From contig JAHDYR010000050.1 of assembly GCA_019828565.1 (NCBI GenBank), positions 59,613 through 123,612 on the forward strand: a stretch of 64,000 bases of DNA, in the 5' to 3' direction. Below, piece by piece: positions 22,160 through 35,017 of the stretch. The DNA is from Carpediemonas membranifera BICM (lineage: Eukaryota; Protista; Fornicata). The notes under the pieces are model-generated. The model worked only from the letters and a program-made list of their open reading frames with translations. It had not been told where the DNA came from and did no database searches. The position numbers were made by a program, and so were the translations under genes. How positions within the stretch are numbered: position 1 is the first letter of the stretch; each line of letters starts with the position of its first letter.

Positions 22160-24791
22160 GGGGACGACTTCCCCGGAGAGCCCTTAAGCAGCCGGTTGAG
22201 AGGTGCTGCGGCGTCGGCGAGATGGGGAATGTAATTCGACAAGTAGTTGAACTTGCCGAGGGATCGACGGAGTTCCGACGTGGTGGTCGGAGGAAAGAGG
22301 TCGCGGATGGCCTGGACTCGAGCGGGGGCAACGGATCTGCCCATCTCGTTAACGATGAAGCCGCACACCTCAACTCGGAGAGGCCGAGGGCACACTTGTC
22401 GGCCTTCAGTCTGACGTTGGCCGCCAGTAGATGATCGAAGAGATCCGTGATGGCGCTCTTGAACTCTTCCTCCGTGTGCGAGTAAGTGAAGATATCGTCG
22501 ACGTAGGCTTTGGAGCTCTTGCAGTCTTCCAACACCTCGTCCATCGCTCTCTGGAACTTGGCCGGGGCATTCTTGAGCCCGAAGGGGGTACGAAGAAACT
22601 CGTAATGACCGCCTGGGATAGTGAAGGCGGTGAGTGAGACGCTGTCGGGGTCCATACGTTGCTGCCAGTAGCCGCTTCGGAGGTCGAGCGTGCCGAAGAG
22701 TGAGCAGCCGCTTGCCTCATGGACGAAGGAGCGGATATCTGGTGTCGGGTAGCGATCGTCTTCGGTGGCTTCATTCAGAACGTTATACGCGACGCAGAAC
22801 CTGTCCTCACCGTTCTTCTTCTTCGCCATCACGTGTGGGGATGAGTACGGCGAGTCACTTGGGCGGATGACTTTTTGTTGGAGCATCTTGTCGATTTCAG
22901 CGGCGGCGCTGGACGCTTGGGAACCCTTAAGGGGGCGTGGTCTTGCCTTCGGGAGCCTGTGGTCGCCAGGCTTCAGGGTGATTTGTGTGGACGCAACTCG
23001 CTGCCGTCCTCTGGCAGCTCGCCGAAGAGCTCGCGGCGTTCGTATAGGAAGCCTTCGAGCCACTTAGTGAGGTCTGGATTGTCATCGTAAGGGATTCGGA
23101 CCTTCTTCCACTCGTTATCAACATCAATCTCATCTGTGCAGGAGTCGAGATACGGGTGTGGAGGCAGATTGTCGTTGTCGGAGATGGTGGCGGATGACGG
23201 GATCAGCAGTCTGTCGTTCAGTTGAAATGTCCGGTATGGGAAGTTGACGAAACCAACCGGAAAAAGGCCAAAAGCTGGCAATCGGGATTTATCGGATCTC
23301 ATTGAAAGCTATTCGAGCTCGAAGCGAGCGACGGTGCCCCGCGGCGCCAGCATCCACCAAATGGTAATTTCAGGACCAAGAGTTCGTCTGCTCTGGGGCA
23401 CGAGAGCAGAAATGGGAAGTATTCTCCTAACCCACTAGCCATAGGGCACATTGGGGAAGCAAATTGCTCCCCGGAGGAGATCGCCCGTTGCGAAGCAGGT
23501 TAGCGCCAGAGCGGGCCGGCAGAGGACAACTGGCTGCTCCAGGTGAGGTGCGCACCACCTCACCTCGCGTTGACAGAATACACAGTACTCTAACAACAAA
23601 CAAAACCTACCGCCCATGCTCCTGGGACCCACAAGGGGACCAGACGCAACTAAACGCTCCTCGCACAAACCCACAAGGGAAATCAACGCGAACAAGCGTA
23701 CTGCGCCACCTTTATGATTGAAACCCCTACCGTAACCGGTACCTGCAGTAGGCCCCAGAGGCACTGCGACACGATTGCCTCAGACAACTTAACTGGGGCC
23801 ATATGGCAAAGTAACCCGAGAGCACCGGGACCGGCGGCCAATAGGCTCTCACTGGGAGGCCACTGGGCCACACTACTCCGGCGCCCGTGCTCTCATGCCG
23901 CCCAAGACCGGGCTTGTGGACGTCATCGCCACGAGAGCCGGGATCGCCGCCCGCCGCCGGCATAGGCAACAGGGCCACCACAACAGGCCCCCAGTACACC
24001 AGCCATACCGGACAACAGACCGGGAGCGCTGAGGGCCCCGTCCACAGCCCCACAAGAAACGCCCAGCCGAAGCCAAAAGGCATAAACCATCACGGTGTTT
24101 ACCAGGACTCACAACCTCTTGGGAGTGACGCGACCCAGGAAGGAAACAACCGGGCTGCGACCACAAGATACAGGACGAGGGGCGTGAATGGCAACCAGCT
24201 GGTGCAGCCGGGCGTCTATGCGAGCACGAAGGCGCTTATAGACCCGCATTTGGCCCCTCAGCTCAGCGTCGAAACCCCGAGCCGACTTAGACTCGTGGGG
24301 ACTCAGGTCCTCGTCACGGTAATTCTGAGCCAGGTAGGAAAAGGCAGCGGCACGCTCCCGCCACCGGCTGGCCAGGACGTCCACCTGGGCAAAATCGTCA
24401 GCTATGGTCCGCAGGAAATGCGCCTCCCAACCCCGAGGAGTCGCCGGGCCAGGAGTCGGGGACTCCCGAGAAGGAGCGGTGAAGCCCCTGCCGCCACAAG
24501 GCAAGGGACTACCCTGGGGCCCGGAGGGGAATATGGGATCCCCCGTCGGAGTGCGAAGAGGGCCCTGCTTCCCGGGAAAGAGGCGGCGCCCCCGAAATCG
24601 GAGTCCAGGCCGTACTCGGGCCAAGGACTCGATAGGGATCGGAGTGCATAACCCCTGGTAATGCACCTCCCCCTCTGGGGACCGCTGGGCAGCGGAGGCG
24701 CCGGCCGAATGGCCAGGAGGAGGCGTGAAGGTGGAAGGAGAGATGGAACGGACGCATGGGGGAATAAGGGACAGCAGCCCCGTGTGGGGCG

Positions 24792-27700
24792 ATGCTCCCT
24801 GTCCCTGCAATAAGGTTCCCTTTTGGGTTTTCGCCAGACATGTTTTGTGTGGAAACAAGGTCCGCAACAAACCTCGCATACCTCGCCCCTGAACCATCCG
24901 CCCTGAGGAAGGGAAAGGAGCCATACAAGACCAGGACATCGCTGGCTGGCGCCCCTTGGAACCTCCACCAAACCTCCTCAAGCCCCTCCAAGAAGCTGGC
25001 AAAAGTGCACTTCCCGCCTTTTGCCACTCCAAATGGAAACAGGGGAATATCCCAACAGGGACATGCCAGATAGAGAAGAAAGCATGATTTATGGCTTATT
25101 CGCCCTTAAGGCTGCACCCAGAAGGGATCTCAGGAAAACCAGAAGGGAAAAAGCAAATACGTCCATTATCCAGCTCGGCAACGCGATAGGATACGACAAG
25201 ATTGTAGACCCAGAACAGGGAAGCTTTACAGCAAAGGAAGGCCCAGGGGAGCTCCGGAAAAGCCGGGCCAAGAAGCTGTTTGCATCACTTCCCCTCCTGA
25301 GACGGTACACAAAAGCCGCCCAACAGCCATACTGGCTATTCATTGAAGGGAACCGGCTGGACCTAGAGCAGGCGGAGACACTAAGCCGGCTTCGCCCAGG
25401 GTCCCCCAAATTTGTGTTCTACCCCAGAGTCCAGGCGGACTACTCCAAGTACGTAGCACATCCCCACCGGACGAGCCAGACGGCACCAGCTAGTGAGCAA
25501 CACACCCCATCACTTCTCCCCGTGGAGGAGGGCCTTGATCTCGGCCGAATCCATAACCGGGACTTTTTCGAGACCACGCCACACAATGACCTCGAACAGC
25601 TCCCAAAGCGTCCCAGACGCCTTGGATTGCGCAAACACCACCCCAAATGGGATCAAGGAGTCGTTAACGCCACTGGGCAAGCAACTGGCCACACCGGACG
25701 AATGGGACTGCATCAGAGCCTCAGCAGATGCGGCTATTCCCACAAGGGACGTTGCCATGGTCTTCACCAGAGATGACGCAACGGACTTCACTGCCCGAAC
25801 GGGAAAGGTCGCAAGGACGCTCCTCCTAGAGCTCGTGGCAACATCGCTGCAAGCTGCAGGACATTCTTCGATCTCAGGCAACGGCATCCAGACCAAGTAC
25901 GGGATGGAGGCTGCAATGTGGCTCCTCCATGCCGCCGGACACGCCATCTCCGCGGGAGCTGCAGCCAGAGGGCTCCCCCTCACTAGGACGCGAAAACAAG
26001 AAGCTCTGGGCCGACCTAGGCCGGGAACTAACCAAAGGGCAAGGCTACCACGCCCCTCACCCCCCGGAGGAAAGGTTTCCGCAGACCAGACGGCACGCCC
26101 ATCCAGATCTGGACCCAGGGCCCCGTCGAGGAGATCCTCATCTACAGCAGAACCGAGGGTGTGATGAGGCCAGTCTTCCCACCCCACCCCTGGAAGAAGA
26201 GCCTTCGGCAGCAGAGGCAGACCTGAGGGAGGAGGTCAGAGACCTCATCCAACGGTGGTCAGTCCCCGGCTTCCCCGAACTCTGGTCGGCATGGGATAAG
26301 ACCAGGCGTCTCTGGCCCCCACCCGCGAGGATTGCCCGCGAACTGGTGTCTGCCTCCTTTCTGACGCGCAACATCACTAACTACTGGCTCACAACGGGGC
26401 AGACCCAAGTTATAGAGCCCGTACGGGACGGGGCATCTCATGGAGCCCTGGGTACTAACGAAGAAGAAACCCCCCTGGGCCCGAGCGGCAGCAGGACTTC
26501 CGGCCCTGATGACACACCCACCACGCCAAACAAGGGCACATGCGGGCCCAGCATGGGAAGCTAGCCCGCCTCGTTCCAATATCACCCAACGAGCCAACAC
26601 CACCAGGCAGTTGATCGCTATGGTGGACTTTGAGGAAGGAAGAGCCAGATCCAACCAAGGAGACGAGGCCATCATTTGCGAAGGGGCGGCACTGATTTTC
26701 GACCCAGCTAACGAGCAAATCCTCTACTACATGCACGGGATGCTTGGGGAAGACATCACAGTGGATGCCCTGGACCAATGTCTGTGGGCCACGCACTACA
26801 TCCATGGCTGCCCACCAGCTACGTTTGTCGACGTCACCACGGGCAAAGCCCCCAAGGGATACGAAGCAGACTTCCCCCACGCCAAGCGATGGTGCACCGA
26901 GATGGCTACAGAGCTGAAGAGACTGGAAGACGACTCGGGGCCACAGAAGACCCACGTCCACATCGTGGCTAAGGGAGTCGAGGCTGAGAGAAGCATCCTG
27001 ACCAGTGAGAAGTTCGTCCCAGACGGGAACCTCCGCACCTGGCTAAGCTTACGCCTCATGGATGAAACTGACCTCAACACGATCTTCCCCAACATCCTCG
27101 ACACGCTGACCTGGTTCTACCCCAATAGTGGGGAGAAGAGCCTCACCGGCCTCCCCTCCCGACCCCAGTCCGAACTGGGCCGGACCTGGACCAGAAGGTA
27201 CCAACAGCGCCCGGAGGCAAAAGTGGTGTGCCCCTATCACAAGCACGCACCCCACCACTGCCACTGCGCCCTAGCAGATGTCTCCATATTCTACGCCAGA
27301 CTAGCAACAGCGTTCTGGATGAGAACAACCCAGGCTGGGACTGGGGGCAGGTAGAAGCCCACCTCACAGCCCTAGGAAGCATGCTCATGGGCGGGGAGTC
27401 GCCGTACCATGATGAATACAAGGACCTGGCGACCAAAGTCAACGCCAGACACGGCCTCGGCACCGTGGCGGCCGGTCGCCTAACCCCATTGTCCCAACAA
27501 GTCAACCTCTTTGGCACCAAGAACCCCAAACGGGGCCAGATTATCATGACCAACTGGGAGGAAAACGATTTCAGCTCCGGAAAGGGTATCACCAGAGCCC
27601 TGGAAGGAACAGCCGTGATCATCGGAAACCCAGAATCGCTCGCGAGAGTAGGCGAACCAGCGCGACCCATCCTCCTGGAAATCCACTCGGAGTGGAACGG

Positions 27701-28877
27701 GCGCCGCCGCGCTGTCCAAGACGGTTTCCCTTGGGCGAACCTGAGGGGGGAGCCCACGGAAATAGACGCGGAAAAGATGCTTACTCTAGACGTCAGCGAC
27801 ACCAAAACGATGACCCTATCCCAAGCGGCGTCTTTGATGCCCGTCCACAAATTCGACATAGCTGGAGGCCACATGGGCAGAGAAGCCAGGAAGAAGATCT
27901 TCAACTACTTCACGGAGGTCCCAGCCGACGATCGAGAACTCCCTGGCCAACATGTGTGTCGACCCGGAGACAGGCTCCATCAACTTCCTCCCCTCGTTCC
28001 TCCCCCCGGGACTGGGGTATCACGGATGAACCAGCAGAAGAGGGAAGAGGCGAGTGGGCACCTTGAGGAGCGCCTCCTGGATAGGCAAACTCGCCCTGGC
28101 GAGGCTCAGGCGTGGAACACCCAAAAGGGGGGAAGCCATGGGACACGCTGAACTGTGTTTTCCCGGAAGGCGCCAGCACTAACGCCAAGAACAGACTGAG
28201 GACCGAGAGGAAGCAGGCGCTTCGAACAAAGGTGAGACGAAGGGCTACTGAACTCGCCAAGATGCTCCACAGGAGGACGGAGGTCTACCTGCCGAATGGC
28301 GGCATAGGGGGCCTATATGGCCCTCCACGCGAGCAAATTGTCACTGAACAACCGCAAAGTAGCAGGACAGAGCGAACAGAGCCCGGGCCCCCTCCAACTA
28401 AGAGCTGTGCCCCCCCATACCCCCAACCCATCAGCCAAGACCCGCCAGGTCAGACAGGTGGACCAAGAGGACCTGCAGCCCAAAAGAGCACGACAGGAGG
28501 ACACCGACCTGGGCAGAGCATAGCGGCCCTGCTGGACCAAGCCATGGCCCGGCGAGAAGCAGAGGTCAGACAACAGCTGGAAGAAGCTGCAGCCAGAACC
28601 ATCAACGAGCTCAAGGCCAAAAGCCAGGAGCTGGAGGGAAGAACAGGGAAGCCCGGAGAGCAGCCCAAGCTGCGTTGGACGAGAATGCGGAAGGACCTCA
28701 GGGAAGACAACGGAGAAGTGCTCGTCTCTAACCGAAGAGAACGAGGACTTACTCAGCCGCGCGGCCCGACTCTCGGCAACCAACGAAGCCCTCAGCTTCA
28801 CCCTAGCAGCCAAGATGGATAACTTCAGGTCTGACCTGAGGAAGGGAAGAGAAGACGAGGAGAAGGAAGGAGAGTAG
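24792..28877 (+). pseudogene. LINE ORF1 (>1200 aa if reconstructed; many frameshifts) including a Maelstrom-like DEDDh exonuclease domain at ~26610-27300
   Basis: Chain of overlapping + ORFs (24792, 25021, 25493, 25929, 26440, 27228, 28112). Motifs: VDFE, ICE, THYIHG, VAKGVEAE, CPYH, HCALADV. Confidence 0.7.
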
Positions 28878-29451
28878 AAACAATCATAAGTAAGAGGTGC
28901 AGAGGGTAGTGTGATATAAGTCTGAGCTAAAAGTGTATATATGAACCAGCATGTATGGCCGGGCTGTGACTAGTAGGGCCTTAAAGTCCAAATGGACACC
29001 GGCGAACCATTCCGGCGGGAGCAAAAATGCAACACATTCTTTTTCAGCAAACCCCTGTGCCCCACAGGGAGCCGGGGAGCAGGGTTACCAAAAGGTAAAA
29101 AGAGCCCTGCCTGTCCGGCAGGCTGTAACTCCAACCTTGGGAGGGGCAACAACCACTGTCGCTCCCACCTAAGCTCGTTAGGTAATGGTCCTGCCATGCG
29201 GCGAGGAAGGAAGCTAAGCGGAGACCGGCAGCAATGCCGACAAGCATCGTGAGGCCCCGACTGTGAAAGGGAATGGTATGCCCTAGGCCGGGAACTAAGG
29301 GAATACAGGCACAAGCCTGCCCAAAAGGAAACGACTGCTCGGTTAGAGGCCTCAGCAACCCACCAAAAGGTACGCCCAAAAAGGGAATGTCTACAAAGAG
29401 CAGATTAGTGCGCGCAGGGTAACTCCCGCAGTTTATGTCAGAACAACCTGA

Positions 29452-32400
29452 ATGAGAATAATATCGCTAAACAGCGAAGGGCACCTAGCGGGCGCAAACG
29501 ATTACAGCGGATCCATAGCTTTATCCATCCGCAAGAGGATAAGGACTGATGCGATCCTCCTCCAGGAAACCAAGCGGTACGGTAATACCACCATCCCTTG
29601 CTGGGTAGATCTCCAGTACGCCTGTGCGGGAGAGGTCAAGCCATTAGAGGCAACGCGCAAGCGACCCACAAAGGGACTGGCCACACTGATTAGCCCGCAC
29701 TCCAAAGCGGAATGGGACGTAGGCGTGTCCGACGGGACGAACCCACGAATCCAAGTAAGCATCCTCAAAGCATCGAGGGCCACGGCAGTCATCAATATCT
29801 ACGCTCCCGATGGTGGATGTGCACGACCCGAGATTGAGGAGTTCGACCGGATGCTAGAGCAAACCGTCGCGAACTATGAGGGGTGTGACATCATCATCAT
29901 CGGGGACTGGAACGGGAGGCCAGGGGAAACTCAGGCAAGCAACTGCGATGACCCTCCAGCGATGGAACCTCACCCCAATAGCACCAACTGCACCGACGTA
30001 CGGGACTAACTCCCGAACGTCCACAATAGACTTATGCAGCGGTAACGGGGGGTATCCAAAACCCGGTTGTTGGGGTAATAGACAAGACCACAATCGGGCA
30101 CTGGGGGTCGGCACACAAAGCCATAGAGCTCACCTGGGATAGCAACCCGACAGGGAAACCAGAGATATCAAAGAGACTGGAAATCCCACGGATCGATGCG
30201 TGGCTGGTCAAACCCAGGAGAACAGGGCCCAAGCTAGAAGAGTGGCCACCACTAGACAGCAAAATACCAGTGGACGAGATGGAGACTCTCATAAGGAAAT
30301 GGTTGTCCACCGGGTTTGCTACCTCCAGAAGGCACCCATTCGCTGTAGAAAACCAGGAACGTATCCCTAGTGAGGGTATGGGAACGGCTGGCCAAAACCT
30401 CCACCTGGAGCAAAACCGCCGCCAAAGATATCAAAAAGTCCCTCAACGGAGCACTGAGCAGATCATGGAGGACCTTCCAACATGACTGGAATGAGCAGGT
30501 TGAGGTTGGATCCGTGATGGGTACAAAACGACAAAAGGATCCTCGCAAACCAAGTGTTCCGCTTCTGGAACGAGAAGCAGCACGCCGGTCTCCCGGTGAT
30601 GCTGAAGGCTGGAAACAAAGATTCTAGCAAGGCAGAGGGGAGATTGCAGACTCCCTCCAGGAGCAGTACGCGAAGGTAAGCTCCGGGAAGGAACCCACCT
30701 GGGAACCCACCTGGGAAACCGAGCCGGAAACGGACATGGAGGACCATCCGCCATCGCTTGAAGAAGTGACAGCGGCGGTCAAGTCCATAAGGAAGTCCTC
30801 GGCCGGAGGCTGGACGGGATTATTGGAGATTGTCTGAGGGACCTCCCCGAGTCAGCGTACGAGGCAATCACAGTCCTGCTCGCGAAAGTATACGACAGCG
30901 GGACCATGCCAACCACATGGAAGTATGCAGCGGTGTCGCCTATCCACAAGGTTGGGAAGGACAAGCTCACGCCCAGCTCGTACAGACCGATCTCCCTCAC
31001 CCCCCTCCTATACAGAGCCTACGGGAGGATACTGAAATGGCGCCTCAGGCCGACGGTGGAGAAGTTCATCCCCAGAGAGCAAGTTGGGTTCATGAAAGGG
31101 AAAACTGTAGTGGATCACATAGCCCTCCTAGCCCAACTCCACCAGTCCGGAAACCGTACCAGCGTCCTACTTGACATAGCAAAAGCATATGATACGGTCC
31201 CAAGGGACCTGCTGGTGAACAAGTTGACGCTCATGGGGGTACACCCAAGACTGACGAGGGCCATCCGAAATACACTTACAGAAACGTACATCTCGGTACG
31301 AGGGGCAAGCACATGGTCCAGAACAAACATGGGGGTCAAGCAAGGATGTGTGGTGGCCCCCACTCTGTTCATTCTCTTCACAGCTAACTGGCTAAGCCAG
31401 GCGGCACTGTACCTCCGGCATAGAGATCCCGGACCCCTGCCTCCCTCCAACGGACGATAGGCCCAAAAACTGCCTCATTGCAATGTTTGTAGATGATACA
31501 AGCATCTCAGCCGAGACCCCGCAGCTCGCCGAAGAAGGCACAGACGCAGTGGTCAGGGTAGTGAAGCCCATGGACTCCAGACCAGCCCAGGCAAAAGTGT
31601 GGTGATAAGTACCGACGTAACTGCAGCGGTCAGCATCCAAGGAACTCCCACACTGGCGTCAGACTCAGCAAGGTATCTGGGACTCTGGCTAGCCAGCGGG
31701 AAGAATCCGTTGGCAGCATGCATCAAAATGAAGACGTCACAATCCCGGAAATACCTAGCCCTGGCAAGAGAGAGCAGGGTGGACCAAAGGATCCACCCCG
31801 GCCGCCACCTCGGAATCCATCCTCAGAACCTTCCTCTGGCCCAAGATCGAGTTCGGGATCGAGATCTGGGGCCAAGCACTCAGGGGAAGAGCCATCTGGA
31901 ACAACTGGCGCGGCCTAATGGCGAGCACAGGACCGGGGGGAGGAGGAGCCGCCCGTGTACTAATGGGATGGATGTGCTGGGAGGCAGATATGGGGCAGAG
32001 AGCGGTGAGGCTCTATGAGTCTGCGCACGACCCGGACCGTCCGACCCCCTAGGGAATCTGGACTGGGCGACAGCGGAGAGAGGATCGGTCTTACATCGCC
32101 TCTACCAATGGCGACGGAGCGTCCTCCAGGGCACACAGGAGGAGATGCCCGCCAGGGGAAAAGAGCAAAGAGGGGAGGCTGGACCCTCACAGCAGAAGAA
32201 CTACTGCACACCGGGAGCCGAACGGCCAAAGGGGTGGCAACAGTACTAGCCCCGGAAGTCATCCTCAGCATGCAGCAAGGGAAGAGACCCAAGAAACCAG
32301 GAATGATCAAGGGGTGAGATGATAACCAGACGGGAAGTCAAGAGAGTAATCATGACTGCATCCAACACACTCCCCTCCCCCCAGCAACAGTGGCAGAAGC

Positions 32401-32989
32401 AGAGCCATACTTGGGAGCGCGATCGGCCAGCCCCAGAGCCCTCCTGAGCAGGATCAAGCGGTGTTGCCCCCTATGTACCCTGGACTCAGAAGGTGACACC
32501 ATTACTCGCCTGTACACTGTCACCAGAACCGCGGCGGAAACCACCAAAATCCTCTCAGAATGGGCATACAACCAGCCCCTGGGAACACAAAGCCACATCA
32601 TCTGCCAATGCAAGGCGGTAGAACGCCCAGAAGGATGGAATGACATCCTGGCGGAGGCGCATCTACGCACACAGTACCACGCCCTAAGGCAAGGGCAGGA
32701 GGCGGAGTGGTACAACTCAAGGAGCAATCCTGGAAATGCTCTGGCTCCTCCGCAGCGAGGACCATACCGTCAGAGAGGGACTGCAGAACGGCAGACGTGC
32801 CCTTCTGAACCTCCGGAAAGACGGGTAAGTACACCATCCCAGAATCCTATGACCTCTGGGACCAGGGTCAAACTGGGACCCAACCCCCGCCTCAACCGAA
32901 GCGGAGCGCTCCTGGGATCAGCGGGGGACGCAAGCCCACGTATCCCGGTAGCACCCAGCCGCGGAAGGGGGACTCAACCCGAACACTAA
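29452..32989 (+). pseudogene. LINE ORF2: APE endonuclease, reverse transcriptase, C-terminal Cys/His motif; frameshifted
   Basis: MRIISLN, LLQET, INIYAP, IGDWN, TID; WKYAAVSPIHK, YRPISL, QVGF, LDIAKAYD, GVKQG, FVDD, YLG; CPLC...HIICQC. Confidence 0.93.
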
Positions 32990-33850
32990 TCTCGCTAACA
33001 CACAAACGCTCACCCATACTGGGAACGTAGACAACATTCAGCCGGCAGAACCGGCACACTCTTCACACGTATAAGAAATAACCCAGAGCCATGGGGCGGG
33101 GCACGTATGCACATGTATACACGTACGTGCGAGGTATCGGGGCGCAGCAGCCAAACAGGAGGGTAACCATAAGGCAACAATACCACCTGGGCGGCACCTG
33201 GACCAAATCAGAGCTGCGCCGAACGGCCCGGCACCCAAAACTTGGAACCAGCCGGAAGCTAGGAAGAAGCCCTATAGGGAACAAATCCTTGAGGAGGGGA
33301 TCCATGCCGGAACGGAAAGTGTGGAAGAGCCCGAACGCAGCCGTGAATCATATAGCTACCCAGCGATGATCGGTGGGTTTCATAACTGGCCCAATTGCGT
33401 GGTACGGCAAACGCCAAGCCCGAAACCGCTTCGGCGGGTGCCTGAAAAAATTGCAAACTGGGTCGAATGGTATGGAGAACATATCCCTGAGAGGAGCCCT
33501 GTAGGGGGGAAACCGAGCAGAAGGCCCCGGTGGCGGGTGTGCAGGGCAAGGCCTTGCGGGTGCCAGGCAGAACGGGGGCCCGAAGGACCCCCAAGAGTAA
33601 GACCTGGGTTATCCCGACTTTGGGGGTATCGGGCCAGCCAGTTGATAGGTCAACATGCAAGGGACTACCCAGCCTTACCAGCTGGACCCTGACGGTGATG
33701 GTGCTAACGCCCCCAACGTAGTATCAGGCTCGCTCACGAAGGGAAGTCAACACGCTAAGGCGTTCCCGGGGACATGGGGTGGTGCAAACTGGTAATTCCC
33801 TGATTTACACAGGTGTACAGGATACGTTAAATTTCTTTCTTTCTTTCTTT

Positions 33851-35017
33851 CAGCAGTCTGTCGTTCATGAGGTAGCCCAACCTTCTGAGGAGGTCGCGGC
33901 CGATCAGGACCTTTCGGCGTTTGGCGCGGATCACCATCAGCAATGCGGTGGCCTGCACGGTCTTGCCATCGATAGACGGGAGAGTGATGTCGACCTTTGC
34001 GGCCTTACCGATGGAGATGACCTCGTCGCCGGCGCCGAAGAGCTCGACTGAGGTGTCGATGAGCTGGTAATTCGGGACCTTCGCTAGTGCGGGCTCCGAG
34101 ATGACTGAGACGCAGGCTCCGATATCGAACTTCGTCTTGATTTGGACACCGTTGATCGTGGCCGGGACGTTGATGGGGTCGTTGTCGATCTCAACAGCCC
34201 CCACCTCATAGACGTCACCTTCGTCCTCGGACTCGGCGTCATCTGAGGCGTTGTTGTCGACTTCATGGACGTCGCGCTGGCCGCGCGAGTTGCGAAGCTT
34301 TGAGGAGTCCCTCAGGAACATGTTGCCGGCCCGACGGTCGGACTGCGTACCGCTGGTCTGCTTCTGGTCGTTCTTCCGCGGCTGAGAGGAGCCGGAGGTG
34401 CCCTTGGACTGGTTGTCCTTCTGCCGTGCGAGGAACCTGCATGACTCTGTCGTATGGTTACTGTTCCACCCATGAGACTTGCACCACTTGTTGAAGTGCT
34501 GTGGGATGGCATACTTGTGCTTGTCTTTGAACTGGAGATAGGGATCGCTTGTATGGGGCAGTACTGTCGGCTTTTGCTTGCCAGGGGCGCGACGGCCGCT
34601 TTCTTTCTGGTCGGCGGGTTGGGATGTTACCGCGAACGCCCGCCACGGGACAATAACGCGTTCGTCGTGATCGACGTCGAGGTTCTCGAGGCGAGAAAGA
34701 AGATCGTCGATTGAGTCGGCTGGGTCCTCGATGATGTCCTCGTAAAGAGCCTCGGCGTCCTTGCTATAGCCCTTGAGGAAGATCGACCCCAGTAAGCGCT
34801 CGGTCGAGTTGTAGGTTAGTGCCTCGATGTCTGGGACGCATGGATCGTAAGCGTTGAGGATCCTACGTAGCTTGAAGACGGCGAGTCGGTGCTCGACGGC
34901 TGGGCCGAAGAATCTAAGGCCGGATGCCTTGTCGCGCACCATCTTCAGTCTCGATCCCATGTCGAGGGTCGGTAGGAGCGTATAAACGATGTAGGGGATG
35001 ATCGCCTTTGCCTCCAT
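33851..35017 (-). CDS. Element E gag C-half and aspartic protease
   Basis: CKSHGWNSNHTTESC knuckle (homologous to A's CKVHCWQRHTTEQC), FDIGAC, VLIGRDLL. Confidence 0.85.

Larger units (their letters stand above)
23221..33850 (+). mobile_element. Apparently full-length APE-type non-LTR retrotransposon (LINE), ~10.6 kb
   Basis: TSD (t)cagcagtctgtcgttca at 23203/4-23220 and 33850/1-33867. 3' tail is (TTTC)n at ~33832-33850. ORF2 carries APE and RT. Confidence 0.93.
20250..35017 (-). mobile_element. Ty3/gypsy element E (related to A), split by the LINE; 5' LTR missing
   Basis: Gag + FDIGAC protease at 33851-35017, RT (YVDD) at ~22200-23000, RH-IN-chromodomain at 20318-22159. PPT ggggggaag precedes a short LTR at ~20250-20297. 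The frame NDRLL is continuous across the LINE TSD. Confidence 0.9.

Noticed and set aside
11770-23100. Numerous + strand ORFs over the LTR elements
   Set aside because: Antisense shadows of GC-rich pol genes with no motifs.
20274-29435. 15-bp match aactcccgcagttta between element E LTR and the LINE spacer
   Set aside because: A few 15-mer matches are expected by chance in 64 kb.
24792-32989. Programmed frameshifting in the LINE ORFs
   Set aside because: Too many breaks, in both directions. Decay or long-read indel error is more parsimonious.
33127-33530. Group II intron (GTGCG start, GAGCC..GAAA..GGCCC as domain V)
   Set aside because: Stem lengths and bulge position do not fit domain V, and there is no domain VI or AY end.
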